A DNA stretch of 64,000 nucleotides, taken from the NCBI GenBank assembly GCA_964016885.1, contig OZ024743.1, positions 281,790,001-281,854,000 on the forward strand, in the 5' to 3' direction. Below the pieces are notes generated by a model. That model had not been told where the DNA came from, searched no databases, and saw only the letters and a program-made list of their open reading frames with translations. This DNA is from Eledone cirrhosa. Its lineage: Eukaryota. This document shows positions 41,181-54,021 of the stretch, piece by piece. Made by a program: the position numbers and the translations under genes. Each line of letters begins with the position of its first letter. Within the stretch, counting starts at the first letter, position 1.

Positions 41181-41658
41181 TAGACGAACATAAATAAACA
41201 AACAAACAAACAGGCAAAAAAAAAACCAAAAATGAATAAGCATAGGTTTCATTGTAATGTAGTGTTTGAATGTCTGACTTAGTTTTTCCCTTCCCTTCTC
41301 TGTCCGTCTGTTTGTTTTTCTCTTCATTCTTATTTTCTTTACATTTTTCGTTGCTGCTGTGCTGCTTTGATTTTGATTTTTGTTTCTTTGATTTTGACCG
41401 GGTCATCAATTCAGTCTATTTATATATTTTGATGCCTTCCTCTTTTAGTGGGGGTTCTACGATGTAGCAGGGGGTAGCGGGAGAGAATAGCGGCGGTAGT
41501 GATAATGAGGCAGTGGTGGTAGTGGTGGTGGCGGTGCTGTGCTAGCAGCAACTAGCAGGAGGCAGTGGGAGAGAATAGCGGCGGTAGCGATAAATCATTA
41601 TTAGGCAGTAGTGGTGGTGGTGTGATCGTATTACTGTAGTGATCGTATTACTGTAGAG

Positions 41659-41733
<75 letters not shown>
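41659..41733. repeat. (ATT)n microsatellite immediately upstream of Tx1-A
   Basis: Seen directly in the sequence. Confidence 0.95.
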
Positions 41734-41943
41734 GGCGACCTACGTAGTAAGTCGTATCATCGTGAGCTCCGCAAAGGTTTGTTGTTTTCGTTTGTTAAAA
41801 ATTGCCATTTATGGAAGATATTTGTTGTTAACTGTATATAAGGGCACATACATTGTTTTCCGAAAAGGACACCCAAAAAGATTGGGGCCTTGTACCCAAA
41901 ATTTAAATTTTTATGATTATCAAAAAATTTCTTTGAAAAAATC

Positions 41944-44203
41944 ATGGCTGATTCACCTCTGCACCAAGCAGCTGAGAGCCTTCCTCACAAACTAACACCT
42001 CACACCAACACCACCATTGTAAATATTGCTACGTTTGCCAACACTGAAAATTTAAGCAGTGGCAATATTTTAAATTTGTCTCAGGCAGACGTTCATTTCC
42101 CGCCATTGCCAGTGACTGCAGGTGTTAAAGCCGCCACCACCACCACCGCGACAACCCCCACCCCCACCACCACCGCGACAACAGAAACAAGAGAAAAAAT
42201 AAATTAACTCGTAATGTCAAAATGAATTCAACCAAAATGAACTCTTCCACACCGAACACCACTGACGCCAGCACCACCACAACTGAAACTAAAATAATAA
42301 TAACAAAAATAACGATAACAACAACAGCAACAATGACATTAAGAAAACCACCCTGAGTTTTGCCAGAGTAGCAAAACAGTGCGAAGCATTTCAGGTAACT
42401 CAGGAGGAATTAGAAGATGCCAAATAAATGGTAAAGAAAGATGGGTACAGGGTCAGCCTACCCCCCCCCCCCTCCTAATAAAATGGAGCATTGGCGCCTA
42501 TGCACCGTGTCTTATCGAACAATTAATGTAAAATCGCGCCGTGTGGAACGGGCATCCGAGTCCCAAATCCAAAAAGCTTTGGGACATGTGTGGGCAAGAA
42601 AAGCCCACATCAGACGTGGGCAGAAGTATGGAACCGTGGACGTATTCTTTGAAACACCAGAGGAGGCTAGAGAACACTCCATGGCCCCATTAAGAAGTGA
42701 CGACTTCACACTCGTCCCAAGCTATTGTGGCCAGAGACTCGTAAAGATCAGGGTGACCCACGTTCCACCGGCCATCGAAATTCCCTGGCTAATAGCTGCC
42801 GTCCTCGCCGGCATCGAAGCCAACACCAAGATAATAGCAATAGCGAAAGAAAAGCAGGAGAACTGGTCCGGATCTGGGGTGGAGCTCCTGATCCAAGCGG
42901 ACCGAAAAAGCATTGAGGAGATCCCAGAGGTAATAGACCTCACTGACGGCAGCCACCTCACCGTAATTGTCGAGGGCAGAAGGTCTAGGTGTGTCGTTTG
43001 TGGTGAAGGAACCCACCTAAGGGCTTTCAGCCCTCAGGCTAAAAGGTTGAGACCACCTCTCCTACCCACCCCAGTGACTCAACCATCAACACCACCAGCA
43101 GCAGAGATGGCAGCAACAACTGTAGCAGCAACAACAGAAGCAACTATAACAGCAACAACCCCAGCAGCAGTAGCAAAACCAACACCACCACCACCCAACG
43201 CTTCAGAACTAGCACCAGCGCCTACACCATCCACCACGCCACAACCAAAACTAACGCCAGTGGAGGATTTTCCACTCCCCGGCCTCTCACAACTGGAGAC
43301 AGATTGTGACGACGAGGAGTGGGAAACGGTATCAGGAAAAAAGAAAAAAAAGAAAAAGAAGCCAAAAAGGAAAAAATATCTTCTTCCTTCCCCCTCCAAA
43401 AACAAAATACAGGGGGAAACCAATAAACTATCAAACAAAAAAGTTAGGACAGCTATGCCACCATCCACACCAGTATCACCAACCCCATCACCACAAACAC
43501 CAACACCATCACCATCATTAACCCCAACACCATCATCACCAACACCACAAAAGTCACCAAAAAGCGAAACGGAAACAAACCCACAACAAACGCAAACAAA
43601 ACAAAACAACCAAAACGATACACACTACACAGCATTAAATTTGAACAACAACCAATTATTACACTACATCCAACACAACACCAGCATCACAGAAAAAGAC
43701 TACACAACAACCCAAAAATTCACACCACCTCCACACATGTGGATTGGCAGTATCGGTAGAGGGTCGGACGCCATGCTTTCCAGCATAATTACGTCCCTTT
43801 ATGATCTTTAGTTCAAATCCCGCCGAGGTTGACTTTGCCTTTCATCCTTACGGGGTCGATAAAATAAAGTACCAGTAATGCACTGGGTAATTTGCTGGCC
43901 TTGTGCCTAAAGTAGAAACAATTAAATTTGAACAACAACCAATTATTACACTACATCCAACACAACACCAGCATCACAGAAAAAGACTACACAACAACCC
44001 AAAAATTCACACCACCTCCACACATACAAATCACTCGCATCACACAGAAAACGTACATGACACTAAAACGAAAATTCCCCAAAGACATCGGAGACTTCCG
44101 ACAAGCACTCTCCAGGAGGATTTATAAGGACATCCTTCCTGAGGAGGCCACAAACAGTGAAAAGGATGGAGAAACCTTCCTTCCTCTACGAGAAGTAAGG
44201 TAA
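41944..44203 (+). pseudogene. Tx1-A ORF1 (gag-like, degenerate CCHC knuckle, Pro/Thr-rich), split by a SINE
   Basis: Aligns with ORF1 of copy B (CTVSYRT..KSRRVERA, YCGQ, THVPP, C..CG..THLRAF). Confidence 0.85.
43739..43920 (+). mobile_element. ATT-SINE subtype A inside Tx1-A ORF1, flanked by a 105-bp direct duplication
   Basis: 43634-43738 equals 43921-44025. Confidence 0.93.
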
Positions 44204-44237
44204 GTGGTCTTTCCCATCTTTTCCACTCTATTTCAAC

Positions 44238-47200
44238 ATGACCTCACTCAGAATAGGCAGCATAAATGCGCGTGGATTGGGGTCGTCATGGAAGCAGGGC
44301 CACCTGCTCAACGACCTCAGGTCACTAAACATAGATGTAGTGGCCATCAGCGAGACCAGAATCTCCGAAGCACGGGCCTTCGCACCGATCTTCGGCGGCT
44401 ACGATGTGTACGCATCTCCCAGCCGTCCGGGATCGGGGGAAGGAGTTGCTGTGCTTTTTCGGAGAGGTTTGGATCTTGCCATACGGACCATCTTCCTGGA
44501 CCCAGAAGGTAAGTTGATGGTGCTGGACGTGACCAGCGAAGACGGGCAAGCTTTCAGGTTAGTGGCCGTCTATGCCCCGACAGGAGCAGGGCGGCCTGAT
44601 TTCTTCCGGCGTCTGGAGACCTTTCTTGGAACGTCCCGCTCTTTAGTGTTAGTGGGCGACTGGAACGGGATCTTAGATGCACGCTGGGACTGTGTGGGAT
44701 TAGTGGATAGGGAAGGAGGGTGCAAGAGTCTCACCAACCTGCTCAGGCGTTTTGAACTGTCTGACAGGTACCGATTGGATTTCCCGAATGTCCCAATGTG
44801 GACTTGGACAAATCGCATAGGGTCATCCAGATCATATCTAGATAGAGTATTTTGTAGGGAAATAGATAGGTCTAGCATAGGCTGTCCACAATTCAAGATA
44901 GTCAGCTACACGGACCACAAATTCGTGATCTGTGTGCTTGACTTAGATAGGCTTCATAGACGAGGACCCGGCTACTAGAAGCTAAACGCGTCCTTACCAG
45001 CGCGCAAAGCCTACAGAGACCGCATTAGCGAACTAGTTAAGCGAGCGTTGACGGGGACCATCGTCAACAACAAGTGGTGGTTTGCTCTGAAAAGAGCAAT
45101 TAGAATGGAGTCCATTAGGTTTAGTAAGGATTTAGCAATAGAGAAAAATAGAGCAGAGGGAGAACTAGTTAGAAAATTAGACGAGGCGCTTAGCAAAGGC
45201 ATCGCGACCGACGTACTTGAGGCGAAATTGGCCCTTGACCAATTCTTCAATGCAAAGCACGAAGGCTGCGTTGTCAGAGCTAGGGTGCGTGCTCTCAGAC
45301 ACAAGGGGACGAAAGCCGTTCAATGGGCCCGAGTGGCGGAGGCGCGTCGTGGCAACAAAGCCACGATCCGGTCTTTGGTGGACCACGACAGGCGGATGCT
45401 ACTCGATCCCGGGCAAATGTGTGAAGTTTTTCAGCGACACTTCGCACAGCTGTTCGGGGGCAGCGGCGGGCCGGATCGAAGGATGGACTTTCGTGTCTAC
45501 CTCGACGGACTGCCGCAGCTCTCAGCCACTGAGGCGGAGTGTTGCGAAAAGCCGATAACAGCCGCTGAAGTACGGGAAGCAATGACTGGCTGCACAAGGG
45601 GTAAATCGCCTGGCTTGGATGGTCTGCCCTATGAACTTTACGTACAGATGCCAGACTTGTTCGGAGGCCTCTTGGCGGAGGTCTACTGCAACTGGCAACA
45701 GAAGGGGATAATTCCAAGCTCTGTGAGCCGAGGAGCGGTGGCGCTGCTGAGAAAGGATCCGAACAAGGGGGATAATATAGATAATTTCCGGCCCATAACT
45801 CTGCTAAACACAGAGTTCAAGATTTTGACCAAGGTGCTAGCAAAGAGGTTGGCGCTTGTCGTTGGTGGTCTGGTTGGAGAGGCGCCATGCCCGACATATC
45901 CATCCGCGACAACCTCCACCTCATGCGATACATCGTAGAGAGGGTAGCTAAGGAACCTGGCACGGGTGGGTCCTTGATCAATTTAGATCAGTCGAAAGCA
46001 TTCGATAGGGTCGACCATCGTTACCTAGCGGCAGACCTGAGGGCGGCTGGCTTTGGGCCCGTCTTCAGAGGCTGGATCGCTGCCATGCACAGCGACATCT
46101 TCTCTGTGGTGAGAGTGAATGGTCACCTTTCGGAACAGTTCAACATCATGCGCTCGTTCCGCCAAGGATGTCCCCTCTCGTCCCTCTTGTACGTATTGAC
46201 TCTCGAGCCATTACTGCACAAACTGGAGACGTTGAGGGGGGTCCCGCGCGAACCAGGATGCGGAAGATCCGTGTCAGCATATGCGGACGATGTCACGTAG
46301 TGGTGTCGAACGCCAAGCACATCGAGGCAATCGGCACTACACTAAGAGAATACGAAGCGGTGACATGAGCAATGATCAACCAGGAAAAGTCAGTGGGCCT
46401 GCAGCTCGGCACCTGGAGAGGCAAGTCCATGCCGTCCAACAGCGTCGTCGGGCGCTGGACGGACGGACCGGTTAAATTGCTAGGAGTCTGGTTCGGTCCG
46501 GACCTCCAGACGGACAAAAACTGGGACGAGGTGACGAGCAGGGTGGCTTCTCTCACCCAGAAATGGGCGGAGAGGAAGCTATCCCTGAAAGGTCGAGCGG
46601 AGGTGGCTAACGCGTACATCGCGTCCGTCATCTACTACCGCCTGACCGTCGTACCTTCTCCTAAGCCCCGCCTGACTGCGCTGGAGCGTTTGCTCTTTCG
46701 CTTTTTGTGGAAGGGACGCGCTCCGATGGTCAGGCGGTCCATCTGCTGTCAACACCCGCTACGTGGAGGGCTGGGAATGCCGTGGCTGATGATGCGCAGA
46801 CACGCGCTCAGGCTACGGCATCTAAACCTCTTCCTCGACGGTGATCAGGTGTGGTCGCCGTTTGCTAGACGCGTCTTTCCCAGCTCGTCTCCTTGACGGA
46901 GCTGCAGTCCTGGGTCAAGCAAAGACCGAGAGGGAGCGCTTGGAGACTGGAATGTCTTCAGGCGCTCACAGCCCTCGACCAATCGGGCAATGTGATCGGT
47001 GGAAACTCCACCTTGGCGTTCTATAGGGGATTAGTGGAGGGGAAGAGCGACGACGTACTTGGAGAAACTCTAGGCGTCTACGAAAATCAACTAGCCAATC
47101 TCTTCAGAAGGACTTTCGGGCCGGGGCCTATGGACAACTTCCAGAAATCCCTGGTTTGGCAGTGCTACCGAGGAGCTTTGCCAGTTCGGGATAAATTCTA

Positions 47201-47645
47201 CAGGCATGGAGGTGCCGTCAGCCCGGCATGTCCGAGATGCGCGCAGGGCGACGAAACCGTCCTGCACGCACTCGTCCAGTGTCCGAGCATTGCTGACTTG
47301 TGGGTTTATGTCAAACACCTGCTGTCACGTGTAGGACGGATCCAGCTATCAGCTGAGTCCATCGTGAGGATTGCCCCGCCCTCTTCCTTTAGCCTGGAAG
47401 GGCAGGCAGTTTTTATCTGTCTGGTGGCCATGGCGAAAGAGATAGTATGGTGGACACGTTTAAAAGGGCTGAAGACGAGCACTTACCTCTTCGGTGATGC
47501 CCTGATTAACTTTTTCAAATTTAATTTGAAAAGGAAAATCAGGGTAGAGAGGGAAGTGCTCTCTTCCCAGCATTTTGTTGAAAGATGGGTGAGAGAAGCA
47601 AGTATGGCCCGAGTGAATGGGCCTACTCTGAGTATGTGTCTTTAA
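44238..47645 (+). pseudogene. Tx1-A ORF2 (APE endonuclease, RT, C-terminal CCHC), disrupted
   Basis: SINARGL, ISETR, VYAP, GDWN, YLDR, TDH, SPGLDG, DQSKAFDRV, QGCPLS, YADD and CPRC..H...C motifs. Confidence 0.93.
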
Positions 47646-47889
47646 ATTAAAGGTGGAAAACTGGGAGAGGGCACTTGCCCTGGTGGTCAGGGTCACTGTA
47701 GCCTTTTAATGGGCTTTCTCCACAAATGTCCCTCGGAAGTCTCCCCCCTGTTGGGGAATTTTTCTTTGTTATTTTATTACATCCTCTGTTTTTTTTTACA
47801 CGCAGAAATGCCCATTTGTACCGTCCTGTATTGTCCTGTACTGTGCTTAATGTCTACTTTATGTAAACCCTTGTGGTTAATAAAGAAAA

Positions 47890-47944
<55 letters not shown>

Positions 47945-48160
47945 GAATGCTACGGTTGACGGAGGCTCGGCTCTGTAAGGTGCTGTAAATTTTGAACGCT
48001 ATAACAATTGTAAATTGTTTAAAACTTATACCAACTTGTAGACAAAAACACCCTCCTCCTCGTGAGAGGGGTCTTTCTGCCCGTTATTTGGCCCTTCGGG
48101 GTTAAATAACTGCTTATTGGGGTTTTGTACCCAATATTTATTTTAAACAAAAAAAACAAC

Positions 48161-50262
48161 ATGGCTACGAAAAAGAATTTGCATAGGTCACTCCCACTCA
48201 TTCCGTCTTCTTCTTCCTCAATCGTCACTACAGCAGAGAGAAGATTGTCTCTCTCCCTCCCTTCTTTAAATGTGTCTCTCTCCCTCCCTTCTCTTTCGCA
48301 GGTGACGAAAGAAAAGAAAAGTCTCGTGCAAAGCGTGCAAGGTTTCTCCACGACGACGACGACAGCGACGAAACAGGTGTGCGGGAAATACGAAAACCCA
48401 GTTCATTCGTCTGACGTCAGGAATAATAGCAGTAGCAGCCGTAATAAAACAGCAACAGTGACAATGAAAACAACAGTAGCAGCCGCAACAGCATCACCAG
48501 CAGCATAAACAACAACAGCATTAGCAGCAGCAACACCAACAACAACCACAGCAACAGCGGCGGAGGCAGTAGTCGTAGTACCTGCAGCAACAACAAAAGT
48601 AACAGCAGCTCTGACGACAACAACAACAACAGCAGCAAAGAAAAACCAATCTCATTTGCAGGTATTGCGAAAAACTTGGAAACAATCCTCATAACAAATG
48701 AGGAATTAGAGGAAGCGAAGAAGATGGTGACAAAGAATGGACACCAAGCAATCTGCAAGGCAGCCGAACATTTTTTCGAAACCCAACAGCACTGTACGGT
48801 CACGTACCGTACAGTAAGTACAAAATCCCGTAGGGTGGAAAGAGCCACAGAGGCTCAAATACAAAAAGCCTTGGGGTCTGTGTGGCAGCGGAAAACGCAC
48901 ATCACCCGAGGCAAAAAATATGCCACCGTAGACGTACTTTTTGCCACCCCCCAGGAGGCAAAGGCCCAATCCGTAGTGACCCTAAGGAGCGAGGAAATGG
49001 TGTTGGTGCCCTACTACTGCGGGCAAAAAATTGTGAGGGTCAAACTGACCCACGTCCCCCCCGGAATGGCCCCTTCTTGGCTGGCCGCGTCTGTCCTCGT
49101 CGGAATCGAGGACAAAACAACTGTACTGCAAGTACAGAAAAAAGTAAGAGAAGATTGGGTCGGCTCCTCCATTGAGATGCTAATCCAAACCAACCAGGAG
49201 TGCATCGAAGCTATCCCGGATGTGATAGACTTCGATAACGGCACTCAACTGCCCATAAGTGTTGAGGGCAAACGCCCGAAATGCTTTCGCTGTGGATCGA
49301 AGACTCACCTCAGGGCCTTCTGCAACGAGAAGACCCTGAGAAAGAAGAAAACCCCCCTCCTTCTGAAACCGGCTCCACGGCTACCAGCAACAGGACAAGC
49401 GGAAACCAGGAACGATAGGTCCGTGGCACCCATACCCACGCCACGGAAATCAAAAACAGCAGCAGCAGTGGAAATATTAACAACAACAACAGCAATACCA
49501 AATGCAGCTGCAACAGAGACTCCAGTGCAAACATCACCAACAACAACAAGTGAAAGAGTGGAGCTGGTACCCCTCCCCGACCTCACAGAATCAGACATGA
49601 AGTGTGAGGTGGGAGAGGGATGGCAAAAGGTCGTAAGAGGGCACAAACGCAGAAGCAGCGCATCGTCGCCTTTGAAAAGGGAGGAAAGAAATGAGAAAAG
49701 GGTAAAGTCTACTGCAAAGAGATCCACAGCAGCAACACCACCAACACCATCACCACCCACACTAGCACCACCATCACCACCGGCGACAACCCCACCGCCA
49801 ACAACACCTTCAACACCACCACCACAAGCACCAACATCGCAAACACAACAACAAAACACACACACCCAGCAACAACGACAAGAAAATAGCAGAACCACAC
49901 CCCACCCCCAGAAAAACAAATGCACGGCAATAAATACACACAACAAGAAACTAATGAATTACATAATTGAACACACAGACATTTCACAACACGACTACAT
50001 AATACCAGCACCAATCAAAACGCCAACTAACATAAGACTGCTAAAAATAGCACAGAAACAATACACAAACATTAAAACGAAATTCCCCAACGCAGTTGGT
50101 GATTTCAGGGACCTAGGAGGAACTATCAATCGAAGAGTATATTCAGACATTCTCTTAGAAGAGCCGACGACCAGCCGAAGGGACGATTCAACGGTCCCTT
50201 CACCAGACGATCAAGTGAAAAGGGATGTAAAAACCATCCCTCCTCTACCAAAAGTACGGTAA
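48161..50262 (+). pseudogene. Tx1-B ORF1 with CCHC zinc knuckle (CFRCGSKTHLRAFC); frame break near 48500
   Basis: 528-aa open frame at 48676-50262; probable ATG at 48161. Confidence 0.85.
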
Positions 50263-50297
50263 GTGGTCTTTCCCATCTTTTCCACTCTATTTTAAAC

Positions 50298-53200
50298 ATG
50301 ACCTCACTCAGAATAGGCAGCATAAATGCGCGTGGCTCGGGGTCATCATGGAAGCAGGGTCACCTGCTCAACGACCTCAGGTCACTAAACATAGATGTAG
50401 TGGCCATCAGCGAGACCAGAATCTCCGAAGCACGGGCCTTCGCACCGATCTTCGGCGGCTACGATGTGTACGCATCTCCCAGCCGTCCTGGATCGGGGGG
50501 AGGAGTTGCTGTGCTTTTTCGGAGAGGTTTGGATCTCGCCATACGGGCCATCTTCCTGGACCCAGAGGGTAAGCTGGTGGTGCTGGACGTGACCAGCGGA
50601 GACGGGCAATCTTTCAGGCTAGTGGCCGTCTATGCCCCGACAGGAGCAGGGCGGCCTGATTTCTTCCGGCATCTGGAGACCTTTCTTGGAACGTCCCGCT
50701 CTTTAGTGTTAGTGGGCGACTGGAACGGGATCTTAGATGCACGCTGGGACTTGTGGGATTAGCGGATAGGGGTGGAGGGTGCAAGAGCCTCACCAACCTG
50801 CTCAGGCGTTTTTAACTGTCTGACAGGTACCGATTGGATTTACCGAATGTGCCAATTTGGACTTGGACAAATCGCATAGGGTCATCCAGATCATATCTAG
50901 ATAGAGTATTTTGTAGGGAAATAGAGAGGTCTAGCATAGGCTGTCCACAATTCAAGATAGTCAGCTACACGGACCACAAATTCGTGATCTGTGTGCTTGA
51001 CTTAGATAGGCTTCATAGACGTGGACCCGGCTACTGGAAGCTAAACGCGTCCTTACCAGCGCGCAAGGCTACAGAGACCGGATTAGCGAACTAGTTAAGC
51101 GGGCGTTGACGGGGGCCTTCGTCAACAACAAGTGGTGGTTTGCTCTGAAAAGAACGATTAGAATAGAATCGATTAGGTTTAGTAAGGCTTTAGCAATAGA
51201 GAAAAATAGAGCAGAGGGAGAACTAGTTAGAAAATTAGACGAGGCGCTTAGCAAAGGCATTGCGACCGACGTGCTTGCGGCGAAATTGGCCCTTGACCAA
51301 TTCTTCAATGTAAAGCACGAAGGCTGCATTGTCAGAGCAAGGGTGCGTGCTCTCAGACACGAGGGGACGAAAGCCGTTCAATGGGCCCGAGTGGCGGAGG
51401 CGCGTCGTGGCAACAAAGCCACGATCCGGTCTTTAGTGGACCACGACGGGCGCATGCTACTCGATCCCGGGCAAATGTGTGAAGCTTTTCAGCGACACTT
51501 CGCTCAGCTGTTCGGGGGCAGCGGTGGGCCGGGTAGAGGGATGGACTTTATTGTCTACCTCGACGGACTGCCGCGGCTCTCGGCCACTGAGGCGAAGTGT
51601 TGCGAAAAGCCGATAACAGCCGCTGAAGTAAGGGAGGCAATGACTGGCTGCACAAGGGGTAAATCGCCTGGTTTGGATGGTCTGCCCTATGAACTTTACG
51701 TACAGATGCCAGACTTGTTCGGAGGCCTCTTGGCGGACGTCTACTGCAACTGGCAACAGAACGGGAGAATTCCCAGTTCTGTGAGCCGAGGAGCGGTGGC
51801 ACTGCAGAGAAAGGATCCGAACAAGGGGGATAACATAGATAATTTCCGGCCCATAACTCTGCTAAACACAGAGTTCAAGATTTTGGCCAAGGTGCTAGCA
51901 AAGAGGTTGGCGCTTGTCGTTGGTGGTCTGGTGGGAGAGGCACAGACATGCGCCATTCCCGACAGATCCATCCACGACAACCTCCACCTCATGCGATACA
52001 TCATAGAGAGGGTAGCTAAGGAACCTGGCACGGGTGGGTCCTTGATCAATTTAGATCAGTCGAAAGCTTTCGATAGGGTCGACCATCGTTACCTAGCGGC
52101 AGTCCTGAGGGCGGCTGGCTTTGGGCCCGTCTTCAGAGGCTGGATCGCTGCCATGCCCAGCGACATCTGCTCTGTGGTGAGAGTGAACGGTCACCTGTCG
52201 GAACCGTTCAACATCATGCGCTCGGTCCACCAAGGATGTCCCCTCTCGTCCCTCTTGTACGTATTGACTCTCGAGCCATTACTGCACAAACTGGAGACGT
52301 TGAGGGGAGTCCTTCGCGAACTAGGATGCGGAAGATCCGTGTCAGCATATGCGGACGATGTCACCGTAGTGGTGTCGAACGCCAAACACATCGAGGCGAT
52401 CGGCACTACACTAAGAGAATACCAAGCGGTGACAGGAGCAATGATCAACCAGGAAAAGTCAGTGGGCCTGCAGCTCAGCACCTGGAGAGGCAGGTCCATG
52501 CCGTCCAACAGCGTCGTAGGACGCTGGACGGACGGGCCGGTTAAATTGCTAGGGGTCTGGTTCGGTCCGGACCTCCAGACGGACAAAAACTGGGACGAGG
52601 TGACGAGCAGGGTGGCTTCTCTCACCCAGAAATGGGCCGAGAGGAAGCTATCCCTGAAAGGTCGAGCGGAGGTGGCTAACGCGTACATCGCGTCTGTCAT
52701 CTGCTACCGCCTGACCGTCGTACCTTGTCCTAAGCCTCGCCTGACTGCGCTGGAGCGTTTGCTCTTTCGCTTTTTGTGGAAGGGACGCGCTCCGATGGTC
52801 AGGCGGTCGATCTGTTGTCAACACCCGCTACGTGGAGGGCTGGGCATGCCGTGGCTGATGATGCGCAGGCACGCGCTCAGGCTACGACATCTCCACCTCT
52901 TCCTCGACGGTGATCAGGTGTGGTCGCCGTTTGCTAGACACGTATTTCCCCAGCTCGTTTCCTTGACGGAGCTGCAGTCCTGGGTCAAGCGAAGACCGAG
53001 AGGGAGCGTCTGGAGACTGGAATGTCTTCAGGCGCTCACAGCCCTCGACCAATCGGGCAATGTGATCGGTGGAAACTCCACCTCGGCGTTCTATAGAGGA
53101 TTAGTGGAGGGGAAGAGCGACGACGTACTTGGGGAAACTCTAGGCGTCGACGAAAATCAACTAGCCAATCTCTTCGGAAGAACTTTCGGGCCAGGGCCTA

Positions 53201-53715
53201 TGGACAACTTCCAGAAATCTCTGGCCTGGCAGTGCTACCGAGGAGCCTTGCCAGTTCGGGATAAACTCTACAGGCATGGAGGTGCCGTCAGCCGGGCATG
53301 TCCGAGATGCGCGCAGGGCGACGAAACCGTCCTGCGCGCACTCGTCCAGTGTCCGAAAATTGCTGACTTGTGGGTTTATGTCGAACACCTGCTGTCGCGT
53401 TTAGGACGGATCCGGCTATCATCTGAGTCCATCGTGAGGATTGCCCCGCCCTCCTCCTTTAGCCGGGAAGGGCAGGCAGTTTTTATCTGTCTGGTGGCCA
53501 TGGCGAAAGAGATAGTATGGTGGACACGTTTGAAAGGGCTGAAGACGAGCACTTACCTCTTCGGTGATGCTCTGATTGACTTTTTCAAATTTCATTTGAA
53601 AAGGAAAATCAGAGTAGAGAGGGAAGTGCTCTCTTCCCAGCATTTTGTTGAAAGATGGGTGAGAGAAGCAAGAATGGCCCGAGTGAATGGCCCTACTCTG
53701 AGTATATATCTGTAA
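50298..53715 (+). pseudogene. Tx1-B ORF2; endonuclease frameshifted, 869-aa RT/C-terminal frame open (51106-53715)
   Basis: ORF track and RT motifs. Confidence 0.93.
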
Positions 53716-53966
53716 ATTAAAGGTGGAAAACTGGGAGAGGGCACTTGCCTTGGTGGTCAGGGTCATTGTGGCTTTTTACTGGGCTTTCTCCACAAATGTC
53801 CCTCCGAAGTCTGCCCCCTATTGGGGAATTTTTCATTGTTATTTTTTGTTACATCCTCTGTTTTTGTTTTTTACACGCAGAAATGCCCATTTGTACCGTC
53901 CTGCATTGTCCTGCACTGTCCTTAATGTCTACTTTATGTAAACCCTTGTGGTTAATAAAGAAATCC

Positions 53967-54020
<54 letters not shown>

Positions 54021-54021
<1 letters not shown>

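Larger units (their letters stand above)
41734..47944 (+). mobile_element. Full-length L1/Tx1-clade LINE, copy A, with (ATT)n tail
   Basis: 5'UTR, a disrupted ORF1 (about 41944-44203), a disrupted ORF2 (44238-47645), and a 3'UTR ending ccttgtggttaataaagaaaac(att)n. Confidence 0.95.
47945..54020 (+). mobile_element. Full-length L1/Tx1-clade LINE, copy B, with (ATT)n tail
   Basis: Starts directly after the tail of copy A. ORF1 runs about 48161-50262 and ORF2 50298-53715. Confidence 0.95.

Noticed and set aside
43079-49946. Long antisense ORFs over Tx1 ORF1s
   Set aside because: They mirror CA-rich low-complexity sense sequence that lacks reverse stop codons.
41734-54020. Interpreting Tx1 A and B as one tandem duplication or assembly artefact
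   Set aside because: Their 5'UTR/ORF1 regions differ and they carry different disabling mutations in ORF2.
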